Shown: positions 39,367 to 52,937, counted from the stretch's first letter. The stretch is 64,000 bases of DNA from Antedon mediterranea (GCF_964355755.1 NC_092675.1:12085812-12149811); one strand, 5' to 3'. Notes: generated from the sequence alone by a model not told the origin. Numbers and translations: made by a program.

Positions 39367-40084
39367 TTTTTAGTCGCGTGGAAGCGACTCTATAGTTCAC
39401 TATGTCGGTCGGTCGGTCGGTCTGTCGGTCCGGTATCACTATGCGTTTTATCGCTTTCTGACCTTATCTTGATATCAGTTTAATCTAGCTAGGTCAATTT
39501 TTCACAGTATATTCCTTATGGCCAGGAATCGATGTGGTTATGTTTTCACGGTGCGCAATAAAAAATTACGCGGTCTACGCACGATTTAACGAAATCACGT
39601 TTGTAATCATATCTTCACAACCATGAATCACAATTAAATAAAATTTGGTACTCATAAATTTCAGGGCATAAATCATCATATGGCAATACAATTACGTGAG
39701 TAGCGCATGTAACGCATGCGTACGCGCGCTTAAAATTTTCAAAATTTATTTTCGATGAAATAAGAGTACGTTTCAGGCAATTTTAAGCGTTTACAAAATT
39801 GCCATGAGTGCGCATATTTTTGCGCGCGCACTGCGCGTTAAATGTTATTGCGCACTCTTTTTGCCCGATTTCTGTTTTCTTGACTTACTTTTCAACTCGA
39901 AATTACGTTATACGAGCATGTCAAAAGTGACAGGCTACGCACGTGTAAATTAAAAAAATATACATTTTTAAACATGTTCAGTAATTTTGGTCAGTATAGT
40001 TCACTATGTCGGTCGGTCGGTCTGTCTGTCGGTCCGGTATCACTATGCATTGTAGCACGCGACTTAATGGCTGTTGGCCTTGTT
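39367..40084 (+). mobile_element. Helentron-associated non-autonomous element (HINE/DINE-1-like)
   Basis: 5' T-run, subTIR AGTCGCGTG...CACGCGACT, (GTCG/GTCT)n microsatellite, 3' small hairpin followed by TTGTT. Confidence 0.75.
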
Positions 40085-40344
40085 TCATTAGAGCAAATAT
40101 AAATATGTACATTTTGAACAAGTTTTTGAAAAAATCAACTCTCTACCTTAGCGGTTTTCGATACATATAGGAACCTGTAATTTCACACCCTAATTTGCAT
40201 ATTTCATGTAACTTGTACTAATAATTTGCATACTTTTAAGGTGAGTGATACAGGTGTGATTTTGAGATTTACTAAACATTCCTATGTTGGCTATTAGAAA
40301 CATGTATCCGAGTCATTTGAGGGCAAAACAAAGTCTCTACAGAC

Positions 40345-42338
40345 ATTTTTTTTTTTTTTTTTTCTTGTGTGGGTTCGTCCCACTTTTATTATAGTTCTAT
40401 AAATATAAATAATATATGTATATAATATGCACATTTATATAATTCTCTTATTTATAAGGTACATTGTTAAAAAATACATATCTTTTGAACAGTATATACA
40501 TAAGGCTAAGATTATTTTGATGTTAAGAAGTAACCACATTTACATTCATATACATTTTTAAAAATACAATTAATTAAAATATGTCGATGGCAGTAAACTG
40601 ACGATAAAAATTGATTTAAAAAAAAAACGTACTTATGAAAAAGTTATTATTGTTGTTTTATTCTGTTCGTGTCCATTGTCTGGGTAGAGAGGCTATAAAC
40701 TCAGGGGAAGAATATAGAGAATCTTCCCTTTTCACCAAGAAAAAAATGGATGAGATGAAAACGAAGAATGCAAAAGCTTGAAAAAAAGGGTGTTTAGAAT
40801 GGATAGGATGGAATGATATATATAATGAAAACCGTAAGGTTAGAGTCCATACACAGTGCAAGTCCAAGGTAATATTTTGGCTCTGTGTGTATGTGAGTCG
40901 CTTCATACCCGGATGACATATCTTAAAACTAATATAGTTACTAGGCCTATATACAATGTATTTAAGAGATAAAAATAGCATTTTTTTTATTTCATTAATT
41001 TAAGGAGATTTTGCTTTATATCTCCCCATTTACATTGAGCTTTAAAGTAGTAGCACTTATACTCATTTTCAATTAAATGCTTTACTTCAGTAATAAAAAG
41101 ATTCCAGATCTTTTTTTCACAGTTGTTTCCTTTTTTTTCAGGTTTTGTTAATAATATATGCAACTTATATATAGAGAATACAAATAATGAAATCAATTCA
41201 TTTACAATTATGTTATTTGATCCAGTAATCATTGTAGTCCAAGTTATTGGGTCTTCGTTTGAAAAGCTCTTAGCTATGACATTTTTAAATTTAAGCCATA
41301 TCCATTGAATTACACTGCATTTATATAACATGTGTTTTTCAGTTTCAACCTTGTTTATACATTTATCACATAAATCATTACCTACTAAGTTCCAGATTTT
41401 CAATCGTTTTTTACATGGTAGTATTCTATGCAGAAGTTTAAAATTAAATTGAGCAACTTTGGGTATATGTTTTAGTCTATAAACTTTATAGTACCAAACA
41501 TTACTCCAATCAATGTCTACCTTACCTAGTTCTATTTCCCATTTTGTTTGTGAATTTGGTATTTTTGAACATCTATTAAAATGGACCTGAAATGGATTTT
41601 CGATTTTTTTCATTTTAGAATGATGTTTTGGGGGCTATTAGGTGTTGCTAGAATGTATATTGTTACAAAATATAAATTGGCCCTTTTGGGGAAAGCCCCA
41701 TTTGAAAATCAAAAAAATTCGCGGGTGACGTCACTTTGCGAATATATTCCTATCCCTCCAATGGAAAATTTGCAGTTTTTTGGCTATAACTCTTGAAATC
41801 TATGGAGTATTTTCTAAAAAATGCTTGTGCATTTGCAGAAAAGTATTTAGAATTTTTTAAGATAAAATTATTACCGTATAAACGGTTATTCATCGAGTAA
41901 ATGACGATTTAAAATCTTAAAATCAACGTTTTTTTTCTGGCAATACCGAAGTTGGCCTGGCAACGTTGTCCGGGATACAGCTCCGTGCGCAATGATGCGT
42001 ATCCATATTTTCCGTTCGTTTATTTTGTATATATATCGTTCGTAATTTATACTGCTAAAATGTGTTAGTTTCTTTAGTTTTTAGTTTAGCAGAATTAAAT
42101 TAGTAATATGAGATGATAATTTATTTGTCACAAATCAGGCAGTTCGAAAACGAATTTTTTCGCTAATTTACCATGGTATCTTAAAATTTCGTTTTTACTC
42201 AAAATACTATACATTTTGTTTTTATTTGTATGGGTTTGTGTTAATTTGATACATTTAAATAACATGTGTGAATTTCTTGAAAATCGAAATTCCATTTCAG
42301 GTCCATTTTAATAAAATGATTATAGATTATAGATTATA
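40345..42338 (-). mobile_element. 5'-truncated L1/Tx1-like LINE (ORF2 zf-RVT end, 3' UTR, poly-A)
   Basis: ORF 40987-41575 FNFKLLHRILPCKKRL..CDKC..ETEKHMLYKC. Poly-T on the plus strand at 40345-40363. TSD agtctctacagaca. Confidence 0.85.
41580..42307. mobile_element. Kolobok-like MITE (second family) inside the L1/Tx1 fragment
   Basis: TTAA TSD. TIR AATGGACCTGAAATGGA / TCCATTTCAGGTCCATT. Confidence 0.85.
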
Positions 42339-44437
42339 GTCTCTACAGACATTTTAGTTTTCATTATAATATGCAATATTGAGAAATGGGGTCGAGGGTC
42401 AAATGTCATAGTTCCGGGCATTTTTTTGTAAAATGTCTCATTACAGCAAATATAAATATATACATTTTAAATATTTTAGTGAAAAAATCAACACTCTAGC
42501 ATTAGCTGTTTTCGAGATATGGCAACGCTGTAATTTCACTCCCTAATTTGCATATTTAATATTACTTGTACTACTAATTTGCATACTTTCGAAGTGCGTG
42601 ACGAAGTTTTGATTTTAGGAATTATAATACAGTTCTATGGTGGGTATTGAAAAACAATATCCAAGTCATTGAGTCCAAAATAAAGTCGCTACAGACATTT
42701 TAATCACATATTTATGTAAATATTGAGAAATGGGGTCAAGGGTCAAAATTTGGTACTTCCGGACATTTTTATGTAAAATGTCTCATTAGAGCAAATATAA
42801 ATATATATACTGTATTCTGAACCAGACTGTGCAAAAATGAACTCTCTATGATTAGTAGTTTTTAAGATATGGTAACCCTGTAATTTCACCCTAATTTGCA
42901 TATTTAAGCTAATTTGCATACCTTCGGGATGAGTGTCAGAGGTGTGATGCTCAAAAAATAATCACCTTATCATATGTAACCATTAAAAAAAAAAAATTTC
43001 TGTTTGCAATTTGTTTCACTCAAAATGCTAGATTGACTAGCCTACTACTTGATTTTGGTTCTTCATATTTGTTCTTCATACCTTACATGAACAATTCCAA
43101 TCATTTTTATGAACTACAAAATAACCTTCTAGTTATGATTATTTATAAATGTGCTGTAAAATACTAACTCAAAAAATCAACCATTTGTGTTTTTATCTGT
43201 CATATTTTAGAATACTCAATACTATTCATAAAAAGTACTGTAGAGTGAAATTATCACCCTCTCCTTATATAGTTCCTAAAAGGTAAAACTATGACATGGC
43301 TGCAAATATGTATTCATACAATAGTTTATGATCAACTTGCTACTGTATTGCCCATTACTCTCTTTTTTTGAGTTGGACAGGACACAAAAGTCAAACCACA
43401 GCATTCCAAAACGTAGCCCATTAATGTACAATATAGGAACACCTGCTTCAACCAAAAACCTTAGTAGTTCATAACATAATTAGCTGGATGGAACCTAGTT
43501 AAATCTGACAGCTGAAGTTTTTTTATACAAGGCCTAAAAATATGCTTTGCTGTCCAAAAACTGTACATTCATGGCCTTAGCCAGGATACAACAAGGATGG
43601 GGAATGATTTCAACACCGAGTATTTGAGTTGAGCCACAGGCCCCACTGGTGAAGCAAATTTTGTTAAATGACACTCACAGATGGCTGGAAATGGTAAAAT
43701 TAATAAATGGCACCTCAAATTCCTAGGAAATGACACGTCCCCATAGAGCTAGAAAACAGAAAAACAGTAAAGACATTTGAATTCAATGCTAACATCAAGG
43801 GGTTCTCCCGAACCATAAAAAGTTCCCCTGGCTAGGGCCTGAACAACATGAGTATAATTTGGGATGGACCTGTTTCTCTTGAATGTTCATTGTAAAAGTT
43901 TCCACCGCCGGTACATCAAAGTTCACAATTTTTCAGTCAAGTTACACACTAATTTCCAAACTACAGAAAAGCGTCGTAGAACCAGTTGGTAGGTTATTAC
44001 ATCCAAAGGGGAAAATTGAGAACATTTCACATTACTAAATCAGTGTATAATTGATAAAAAGTTTCAGTATCGGAAACAATTTCACAACCCATAACATTTT
44101 TGTTCGCGACCAAAACATTGGGTCCGACCCATAGGTTGCGGAACTGCAATTTACTATACAATGGTTGCAGTGATTGCCGTGTCTATAACACAAAATCAAT
44201 AAAATGCCAAATACGCCACACACTTTCGGCCGTGCAGACATTTCATGTTTATTTTATGAAATAATAAAAGAACACCATGTTTCTCGTTTATTTTTAATTT
44301 ATACTGTATAGCATTAATTATATAAAAAACCTTCGTAAGTGATAAAAAAGTTCCGATATTTACACTCCACTCTACACAAGAGTGTAAATATAAGAATACT
44401 GCGCTAACATGTACACACAGAACAGGGCGGTAATTAA

Positions 44438-46828
44438 AGGGGGGTTCCGGGTTTAAAATGAATAGTAAAAAATGTAAAATATATTTGTTTGTCTCTTGAA
44501 CGGTAAAAGTTTCAATTTATATAAGCGCCCAGTGAAGCAGAACGAAGGCTGTGAAATGAGGCCAGATTACAAGTGCAGCTACGGCAAAATCACTCTGTGG
44601 TTACAGAATAGGAAATTCGTGAAATGGTCAATCTTCCGACGACTCGTTATCATTAACCATATCAATTACTTTTGTAAAATTATACTTATCTGATGTAATT
44701 TTAGTCGGTCTTCCCATATATAAAGTAAATTTTCTATGAAAATCCATCAAAACAGTAAAAAATTAGATAAGTTTGCACTTTACGTTTGCCGATTTTCGCA
44801 CTGACTTAGGGAAAGCCTTCTAAATCAATGAAGCGTAACGTATACATTCCTGCTGAGCGAGGAGAGCGAGACGACGATACACGTGCTCTCTCTCTGCCCA
44901 TGCCTGGCATCGTCACGTGATAAGAGATACAGTATACAATACCAAACTGGTCGGGTCGAGTATACTCCGTCTATACCGTACTGACGCGGGTATAAGCCCA
45001 TACTCGGGTATAAGCCCACCCCCGACTTTTGACTAATTTTCATAAAAAATGAGGCACTCGGGTATAAGCCCACCCATTAATTCGAAGATCTACAGTGTGT
45101 GTCGTAATACATTATTTTGTATTCGGCGACGTCCATACACCGAATACACCTACCTTTTTGATCATAACCAAGCTAGGCTAATATACGCTAGGCTAGCGGT
45201 CCTGTTTTGTTTACACTCCATCGCGGTCGAAGATTCACACACGACGCTACAAGTCGCCAAAACGGAAAACCACTATTTGGTATCGGCTGCCCTAAACAAG
45301 CTTATTAAATTTCTTTGGTACATTTCTATTTAACGAACATTGTATACTTGCTTTTCTGCTTGATAAATTCTTGTTAAATTGATGTTTAAAATAAGATATT
45401 CTACGATAAATTACACAAACTAGGCCCTAGCATAAGCTTAATTTTCCGACACTCTACACATCGTGTATTTAGAGGCAATGTCGTACACATGAGGGCGCTC
45501 GCTCGCATGGTGGAATACAGTGTACATGTGCTGTTTTTGACGATCTGCATTTTTGGATCCTCTGGTATAAGCCCACCCCCCAAACTTGACGTGATTTTAT
45601 GTTCGAGGGGGGTGGGCTTATACCTGCGTCAGTACAGTAATCACAACATGAACGATGTACAGTATTTGATTGAAGGTCGACTCGACCTACCGGAATGGTA
45701 TAGATAATATAGCTCGAATGAGAGAGTTGGAATATTTGTAAACATAAGTACAGTATTGCTAATTTTAACAAGTGTAGCCTATAGTAAAAGGCCTGGTAGT
45801 ATCAATTCGCATAGGGTCTACTACACTAGCTACCTCAATTTTTAACTGGGCCGGATCGGCTAGGTCTCCTTCCTACTACCGGTCTACTTGCTGCTTGATG
45901 CAGTATCCGCTTTTTTGGAGAGTATTAACTAGGCCTATTTTAGGCCTACTTATTAGACGATCGGGACACCATACGTGCGGACGGCGATCGCACCTTGTTT
46001 TGCCTCAATATTTACAGCCGATTTTTGTAGAACGTTTTAGGTTTAGATTGTTTAGGAGTTTGGTTGATAGGATGGGTTTGGAATCCACTGAGTTTTGTTA
46101 TTTATGGGCCAATTGTCGTTTAGTAATAGGCTAGCTAGGCCCATGCATGATGGCCCCAATGTTTTAACGTAGCCATCGTGGCATGGAATCCCTAGTCAGA
46201 AATGGCTCTCACAACATGAATAAAATGATTTAGACTAGGCCTTCATTCATTCATTCATTCTTTATTTAGCCTTTAAAATCAAAATACATTTAAAACAAGG
46301 TAACAAAAACAAGACAGGTGAAAATCTAAGGAAAAGCAATTAAAATCGCTGTAGCTCGCAGGCTTGCTTATCCAGGCCTAGCCTAGTACGTGAAGCCGAT
46401 ATACGATCTGTACTATTCGAGGTATAAAAATAGTATAATTTATGACTCCATAATCTGTACTAAATTTTGTATTTCATTAAATGTCAAATAAATATATGCT
46501 ACTACTGTTATTATTACACTTTACTAGCTTAGAAAATCTACAAAAAAATGTATTTCACAATGATCGGGTGGTCGTCGTTTGACAGTGGAGAGAGAACACA
46601 ACGTACAAGCTTGACGTCGCGAGTTTGGAATCCACTGATGACGTGATTTTGTGAATATCTCATGAGAAAAACAGACTTTCCATGAATTTAACCTAAAATG
46701 TATAGGAAATTTAATTTGTTTAATTTCTCGTTATTACTTCTTCATTCTGACATGTCTATATTGTTATAATATTTTTTATTTAATAAATAAACGATATTTA
46801 AAAGCAATTTTAAACCCAGAATCCCCCT
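44438..46828. mobile_element. Kolobok-like non-autonomous element, copy 2 (inverted relative to 6478-8099)
   Basis: TTAA TSD. Empty-site paralogue cagggcggtaattaactgaa at ~48993. Contains extra insertions at 44976-45637 and ~46240-46375. Confidence 0.9.
44976..45637. mobile_element. Tc1/mariner-type MITE
   Basis: TA|CCGTACTGACGCGGGTATAAGCCC...GGGCTTATACCTGCGTCAGTACAG|TA. Absent from copy 1 of the host element. Confidence 0.88.
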
Positions 46829-47493
46829 TTAACTGAATTGGAAAATGGTTTATTTTTGGAGAGTGGTTACATCAGTTTTCACATGGGGAGTGAGATTTCC
46901 ACAAAATTGTCTTCGTCAGGTATGTAGAATCCATGTCTAGCGTCTTCATATCAAACCAATGGTACAAATTAGGAAAATAGATGGTAAATATCTTCTTGAC
47001 GGTTTTGTTGTTCCTTTCAAAAACAGAAAGAATAACACCAAAAGAAAAAAAGATAGAAAGATATAATGAGGTATAATGTAGTAGTACAGTAGTAACGTTT
47101 TTTCAGTGAACAGGGGAACTCCCAGTTGTGTGTTCTTGCGGGCCGTCACACCGCCGTGCTGCAAGACTCTGGCTATATGTACACCCTATACAATTTTATT
47201 CGTAGTAATAGTGTAGTGTAGGAATGGTTTTGTTTTTATTAAAATACAGTTTTACTCATATTAAAACAAGAAATATTTCTTGACTCTTTGACGAACAGTT
47301 TTAATCATTGTAATGATTTATTATATCATTATTATTTTAGTAGTAAACATTTTGCGTAAATATAGTTTGTCACCTACTGTATAAAACAAAAATATAAACA
47401 TAAACTAAAATACAACAGTTTATATGTACATATTCCAGGGTAGGAGCATTAATTACTTCCTAATTACCCGGCCCAAATACTAGTATAGGCATA

Positions 47494-48314
47494 CCGTATA
47501 TTTTGGTGTATAAGTCGCACTTTTGACACGCAAATTTGACCTCTAAATTAAGGGTGCGTCTTATACACCGAACATAAATGCCTCACCACACAGATTGTAC
47601 ATATCGTCACCTTGTTGGCTAGGCCCGAGTAGGCTAGGCCTAGCTACAGTATACTAACGTAACAGCAACCTGCTTCTGCCTAGTTTTCAAGGTATTTTAG
47701 CATGATGTTATACTAAATATGATGAAAAGATTTGTTCATTATGGAGCTCTTTTTGGGCGCTCCGATAAAATTTCATTTTTAAACGTTTACGATTGGAATA
47801 GTATTTATTTATAGTTATACGCACGATCGCCGTACCCCCAGCGCAAGCCCTTCTTGGCAGCCAAATGGTGTACGGTATTCGACTAGTATATTCTCCAGTT
47901 GATTATAGCATGGACCTAGCGTACACACTTCTCGGATACATAGATACTAATCGAATACGATTGTCCGTGAAAACGTGCGCCCTCTCGAAATGATCGAGCG
48001 AGGCTAGCCCACACACGTGCGTGTTACACACACGGTCATCCACTCGATGTTGCGAGTGCGAAACTCATGAATAACAAGTTAGAAAGAACTTTTTTAGGCT
48101 GGGGCGCGGCCGAGCCTAGGTAAGAAAAAACCTAAATAAGGGACGCCGTTGTAGATATAACAAAATATATTATTACAATAATATGATTACAATTTAAAAA
48201 AACATTGTTTTGATGAAATATAAAGTGCGTCTTATACATCGACGATATAAAAAAAAACTCTCAGTTAGGGGGTGCGTCTTATACACAGGTGCGACTTATT
48301 ATACAAATATTCGG
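47494..48314. mobile_element. Tc1/mariner-type MITE
   Basis: TA|CCGTATATTTTGGTGTATAAGTCGCAC...GTGCGACTTATTATACAAATATTCGG|TA. Inverted empty-site paralogue at 30420-30600. Confidence 0.8.
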
Positions 48315-49279
48315 TACTACCTAGGGATAACGATGCAACATTAAAAGTTAATTATAATAGCATACATTGCCTGATAATATTTTGTATCAATATTAAAATA
48401 AAGAAAGAATTATGAAAATCTGACTTGTAGTTTTCAAAATATAGGGTCCAAAACATCACCGAAAAATAATCGTTTTTAGCCACGAAGTAAATAAATTCGT
48501 TTTAATTGTCAATAACTAATTATATAACTCAATTTAATTAGTAAACAGAGTTACAACAGGTGGTTAAAATCAGTACCGAAAGTACGAACCAACTTTATAT
48601 ACCATCGAGTAAACATTCTAGAAGTAACACATGATTTACCAAATGTTTACCTTTACGTAAATATATATATTATAGATCCTTCCTAAATACTGTACAGATC
48701 TTTTCCAAACGAAATGAATATTTGATCATGCAGTACCCTGAAAATGCCTTGATATGGTGCACGTGTGTGTACTGTGTTGTGGTGGTCTGTTAACCTCAGA
48801 TATATACCCCCGGCCGGGTGAAATACTCAATGTAATTTAGTATACAAAGATTGCAGTAATCGCCATGTCTATAACATAAAATCAATAAAATGCGAAAAAA
48901 AAAAACGTGAGAAAAAAGTTCACGATATTATACCCTCCACTTTGTACAGGGGTGTAAATAAGAATACCACGCTAACACGTCCACACATGGACCAGGGCGG
49001 TAATTAACTGAAATGGAAAATGGTGTATTTTTGGAGAGTGATGACGTCAGCATTCACACGGGAGGGTTAGACAAGGTGATGCTGGTGGTGCTAGACAAGG
49101 TGACGCTGGTGGTAGGAGGAGTGCGTGTGTTTTGAAAATAACTCAGTTGCGGGTATTTTAAATTGCATCATTTTTTTTATTCATTTTTTTTTAGAATTAA
49201 GGGGGAGGGGGGGTGGCTAGCAACCATATTCAACCCCTTAGATCCACAATTTGAAAATAAAACATCACAGCAATTTAAA

Positions 49280-49884
49280 AGTAGAACGCCACTCCGAGAG
49301 TGCATAATTCCGCCTACTGTAAAATTCTCCTACATAGGATTTCACAGGAAAATAATTTTTGAGTCTTAAATGGTGTGTGATTAGGCTAATTTCACTACAA
49401 CTACGTGTATGTGAATTTGGTGGAATGGTTATGTAATCTCTTTCAATTAACAATAGTTTCAGTTGACTAACAATAGACCAGCAACACCATAAAAGAGTGA
49501 ATTTGTTAAGAAATAGGTTTTTTAAAACTACTCGTATAAAAAAAACCTGTACATTAAATCAAATTATGTCTCTTTAGGTCTCGAGAAAATACAATTTCTT
49601 GCAGAATTGGAAGCGTGGTCCGGATTGCCTCCAAAATTGAATGGAGTGGTCCTTGACCACATGTTTATCTGTATTTTCATTTTGGTAAAAATCTTGCAAT
49701 AACTATTTAATATTTTAAGTGTTGTACTGTATGTTTGTTTTATCGAGGGCCCTGAATGATCAGTTCTATTAGGAACTGGATAGGCTACCCTCAGTAAATA
49801 TGGTAATAAATAAATAAATAAATCTTGATAACAGACAGACACATGCGTTCGACTACATATACCTACTTGGCGGAGGTAAATAAA
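49280..49884 (-). mobile_element. Helentron/HINE-like element (a related one at ~19010-19560)
   Basis: Minus strand: ttttatttacCTCCGCCaagtaggt, (GTCT)n, ...GGCGGAattatgCACTCtcgGAGTGgcgttctact. Confidence 0.6.
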
Positions 49885-51715
49885 ACATCACAGCTATTTA
49901 ACAAAAAATACAACAGCAACTAAAAAATGAAACACCACGGAAAATCAAATGAAACACCACAGCAAATTAAAAATGAAACTCCACGGCAAAGTATAGAATG
50001 CCACAGCGGAAGTGAAGCCTTTGAAATTTTTGATTTTTTAGTGTGGGTAAGCATGCCGTATTCTTTCAAATATTTATGATCCTAGCTAGCTCTTTTATTG
50101 CAGCAGGTGCAATTGCCATGTTGTTTTTTTTTGTAAATTGCTGTGGCTTTTTAAAAATTGCTGTGACACTTACAGGCCACTGTACAAATGTACTTGACAT
50201 TTAAGAAACCTAACAAAATGAAAATCATTTGTTCTACAATTACATCATAGTGATATTGCTTCAAAGAAACACAACACCACGATTGGGCAAAACCCTTTGC
50301 CTATTGATGCTATGTGAAAAAAACTATTGTATAGTGCTGCTTCATAATCACACAAAAAAGCCCCTTTCTCACAGATGTGTCTGCAATATACCGGTACAGT
50401 GCTGGCGTCGTGCCGGTATCGTTACCGGCATATACCCATTCTCATCGGACTATCGTGCCGGAAATATAACCGGTATATACCGGCTTTCTGTGAGAAAGGA
50501 GTCGGGCATATTCGGCCGATAAAAAGTCTCTGACAAAATAATTATTGAGGGCGTCCTTTATTGTTATTATTTTTGTCTAGGGATATATGGCGGCGAATGT
50601 TGGGTTACAGATTATTATCTTCCTTTATAGCATATTTATGCAATACATGCTATGTACAGTATATTGTGCATATATTATACAGGTACAGCAATTAATTAGC
50701 CGTCATCGGCAATCTGTAAAACACCTTAGAAGGCTGTACAATTTACAAGGCGACGAAGGGTCAGGCTAGTTAGGCACCAACAAAGTCAGAGCTAGGCCTA
50801 TATATGGCCTAGACTAGAGGCCTGCTATAGATTGGGTGTCACGAAACCTCAGACCCCCTAAGACCTAAGATCACGAAAGCTAAGACCCAACACCTAAGAT
50901 TACAAATACTAAGATATACTACAGCTTAAAAACAATACTTGTTTATCCATACATAATTTTAAACACAGTAGGTTTCATTTATTACCATAAATATAATTTA
51001 ATACTACCGCAAAACATAGATAAACTCACATTATTTTCGCCCGTTGAGTAAATGTATATTTTTTCTTTACAACAAACAAACTTGACGGGTTGTTTGTTGG
51101 TATATATTTACTCCATTGTGTTGGTTCAGAGGATGTTTTTCTTACGCACCTGCCTTTCTTGTATTTTGACTCCAAATTTGTTGACTAACTTTATCCTGAA
51201 CACCACACTTTAAAATTAGGACTTATAAGTACTTTCAGAAGGAGAAACACATAATAACAAATAAATAAATCCTTTAAATTGATGATTTTACAGATGTGTT
51301 TCTTTGTACTGTATACTGTAATGACAATGTAACTCCTCGAGCTCCCCATGCTCAATGTTTTTGTTTCTATGGAGCGCCAAAAGAGCAACAATAATAGTAC
51401 AAGTATAAAAACAGAAAGAAAACGAAACAAAAAAACTTATCATGATTTTTACTCGGGGTACCCGAGTCTAGGACCTACTCATTTTCTCCTCTTCCTCCAT
51501 CTGGACACTATTGAGTAAAAAGTGCGATTTTTAAAGTACTACTCCTCCCTTATTCGTTGTAGTATTGAGCTGGGATTTGGCATGAACATACTACAGGGAC
51601 ATGTCCTCAAAGCTATAGAGCCGGATTTTTAATTTTTTGTTAATTAATTTGTTTAATTAAGAAGCCACAATGTGTGAAACACACCACAGCGTTATGTAGT
51701 TATATGGTTATATGC

Positions 51716-51787
51716 GGATTCTTGGCGTAGTGGTTATCACATTTGCTTAACACGCAGAAGGTACCTGTTTCGAGCCCGGACGAAACC
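51716..51787 (+). pseudogene. tRNA-Val(AAC)-like pseudogene, type A
   Basis: TAGTGGTTATCAC D-arm, TTTGC-TTAACAC-GCAGA, TTCGAGC, CGAAACC, followed by a T-run. Mismatches in the acceptor and T stems. Confidence 0.8.
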
Positions 51788-51999
51788 TTTTTTTTAAACT
51801 TTATGGTGAAAAGTACTGTATACGCAATATGATAATTATACACAGTATATCTTATTTTTATTATTTTTTTTAATACTTATTTTGTGCAATCGGTAATTAT
51901 CACTTTTACACATGTTTATTTTGCTTTGTGCTTATTACCATTTATTTGTAATTTAAATGGATTAAAAAACTTTCTGTAACCCACATTTTTAATGTAAGA

Positions 52000-52070
52000 G
52001 GTTTCGTAGTGTGGTGGTTGTCAAGTCTGCTTAACACGTAGAAGGTCCCGGTTCGAGCCCTAGCGAAACC
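52000..52070 (+). pseudogene. tRNA-Val(AAC)-like pseudogene, type B
   Basis: Perfect GGTTTCG/CGAAACC acceptor stem, TCTGC-TTAACAC-GTAGA. The T stem has a 1-nt deletion. Confidence 0.8.
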
Positions 52071-52223
52071 TATTTTTCTTTAACTTTCTAACTGTATACG
52101 TCTGTATACAGCTTCTTTCGCTGTACCCCGAGTATTGCACATTCGTGCTTGTTTGTTAATTAATTTGTTTGATTAAGAAGCCACAATGTTTGACACACAT
52201 CACAGCGTTATGTAGGTACATGC

Positions 52224-52295
52224 GGCTTTTTGGCGTAGTGGTTATCACGTTTGCTCAACACGCAGAAGGTACCTGGTTCGAGCCCGGGCGAAACC
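52224..52295 (+). pseudogene. tRNA-Val(AAC)-like pseudogene, type A
   Basis: Intact B box GGTTCGAGCCC and T stem, T-run terminator, two acceptor-stem mismatches. Confidence 0.8.
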
Positions 52296-52426
52296 TTTTT
52301 TTTAAACTTTATGGTGAAAAGTACTGTATACGCAATATGATAATTATACACAGTATATGTTATTTTTATTATTTTGTTAAATACTTATTTTGTGTAATCG
52401 GTAATTATCGCTTTTACACATGTTTA

Positions 52427-52781
52427 GCGAGTCATATGGCCGAGCGGTTAAGGCAGGGGCTCCGTTTATCGTACCTAAAGAGCCAACAACAACATCGGCA
52501 AGGGTTCGAGGCCGACTCGCTCCTAGTTCTGGTGGTGGAACAAGTCTTCTCGGATAAGGACTATAAACCGTAGGTCCAGTGTACACAGTTATAACCTGTG
52601 TGTACTTTAAAGAACCCAGTTCATTATTCGAAAAAGAGTAGGGGGTTACCCCGGTGAACTGGTTCACACAATAGCCTCTGTATCAGGGGGATTACCACCT
52701 ATCTGATAGGACAGTGATTAATTCACTATTGGTAATCCTTGGCCACAGTGCCTAAAGACATAAAATAAAATAAATAATAAA
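52427..52781 (+). mobile_element. tRNA-derived SINE with a Deu/Nin-like central domain
   Basis: A box TGGCCGAGCGG, B box GGTTCGAGGCC, core cggataaggactataaaccgtaggtcc...ttaaagaaccc...aagagtagggggttaccccggtg, A-rich tail. Empty site at 51910-51925. Confidence 0.85.
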
Positions 52782-52866
52782 TATTTTGCTTTGTGCTTAT
52801 TACCATATTTATTTGTAATTTAAATGGATTAAAAAACTTTCTGTAACCAACATTTTTAGTGTAAGT

Positions 52867-52937
52867 GGATTCGTAGTGTAGTGGTTGTCAAGTCTGCTTA
52901 ACACGCAGAAGGTCCCGGTTCGAGCCCTAGCGAAACC
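52867..52937 (+). pseudogene. tRNA-Val(AAC)-like pseudogene, type B
   Basis: TCTGC-TTAACAC-GCAGA anticodon arm. Same T-stem deletion as the 52000 copy. Confidence 0.8.

Larger units (their letters stand above)
36743..43044. mobile_element. Academ-like foldback element built from ~300-bp subrepeats in two opposed arms
   Basis: TIR TAGGCTAGTCAATCTAGCA with 3-bp TSD CTA. The orientation switches near 38790. Hosts several younger insertions. Confidence 0.85.
51446..52153 (+). mobile_element. HINE-type element copy 1, carrying a ~470-bp insert with two tRNA-Val pseudogenes
   Basis: T-run, subTIR TACTCGGGGTAC...GTACCCCGAGTA, hairpin GCACattcGTGC, then TTGTT. Confidence 0.8.

Noticed and set aside
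43570-43841. Small hAT5-like MITE (CATGGCCTTAGCCAGG...CCTGGCTAGGGCCTG)
   Set aside because: Plausible relative of the other two, but no TSD is discernible, so it was not used as evidence.
51716-52937. Functional tRNA-Val genes
   Set aside because: Every copy has stem mismatches or a T-arm deletion, so they are reported as pseudogenes.
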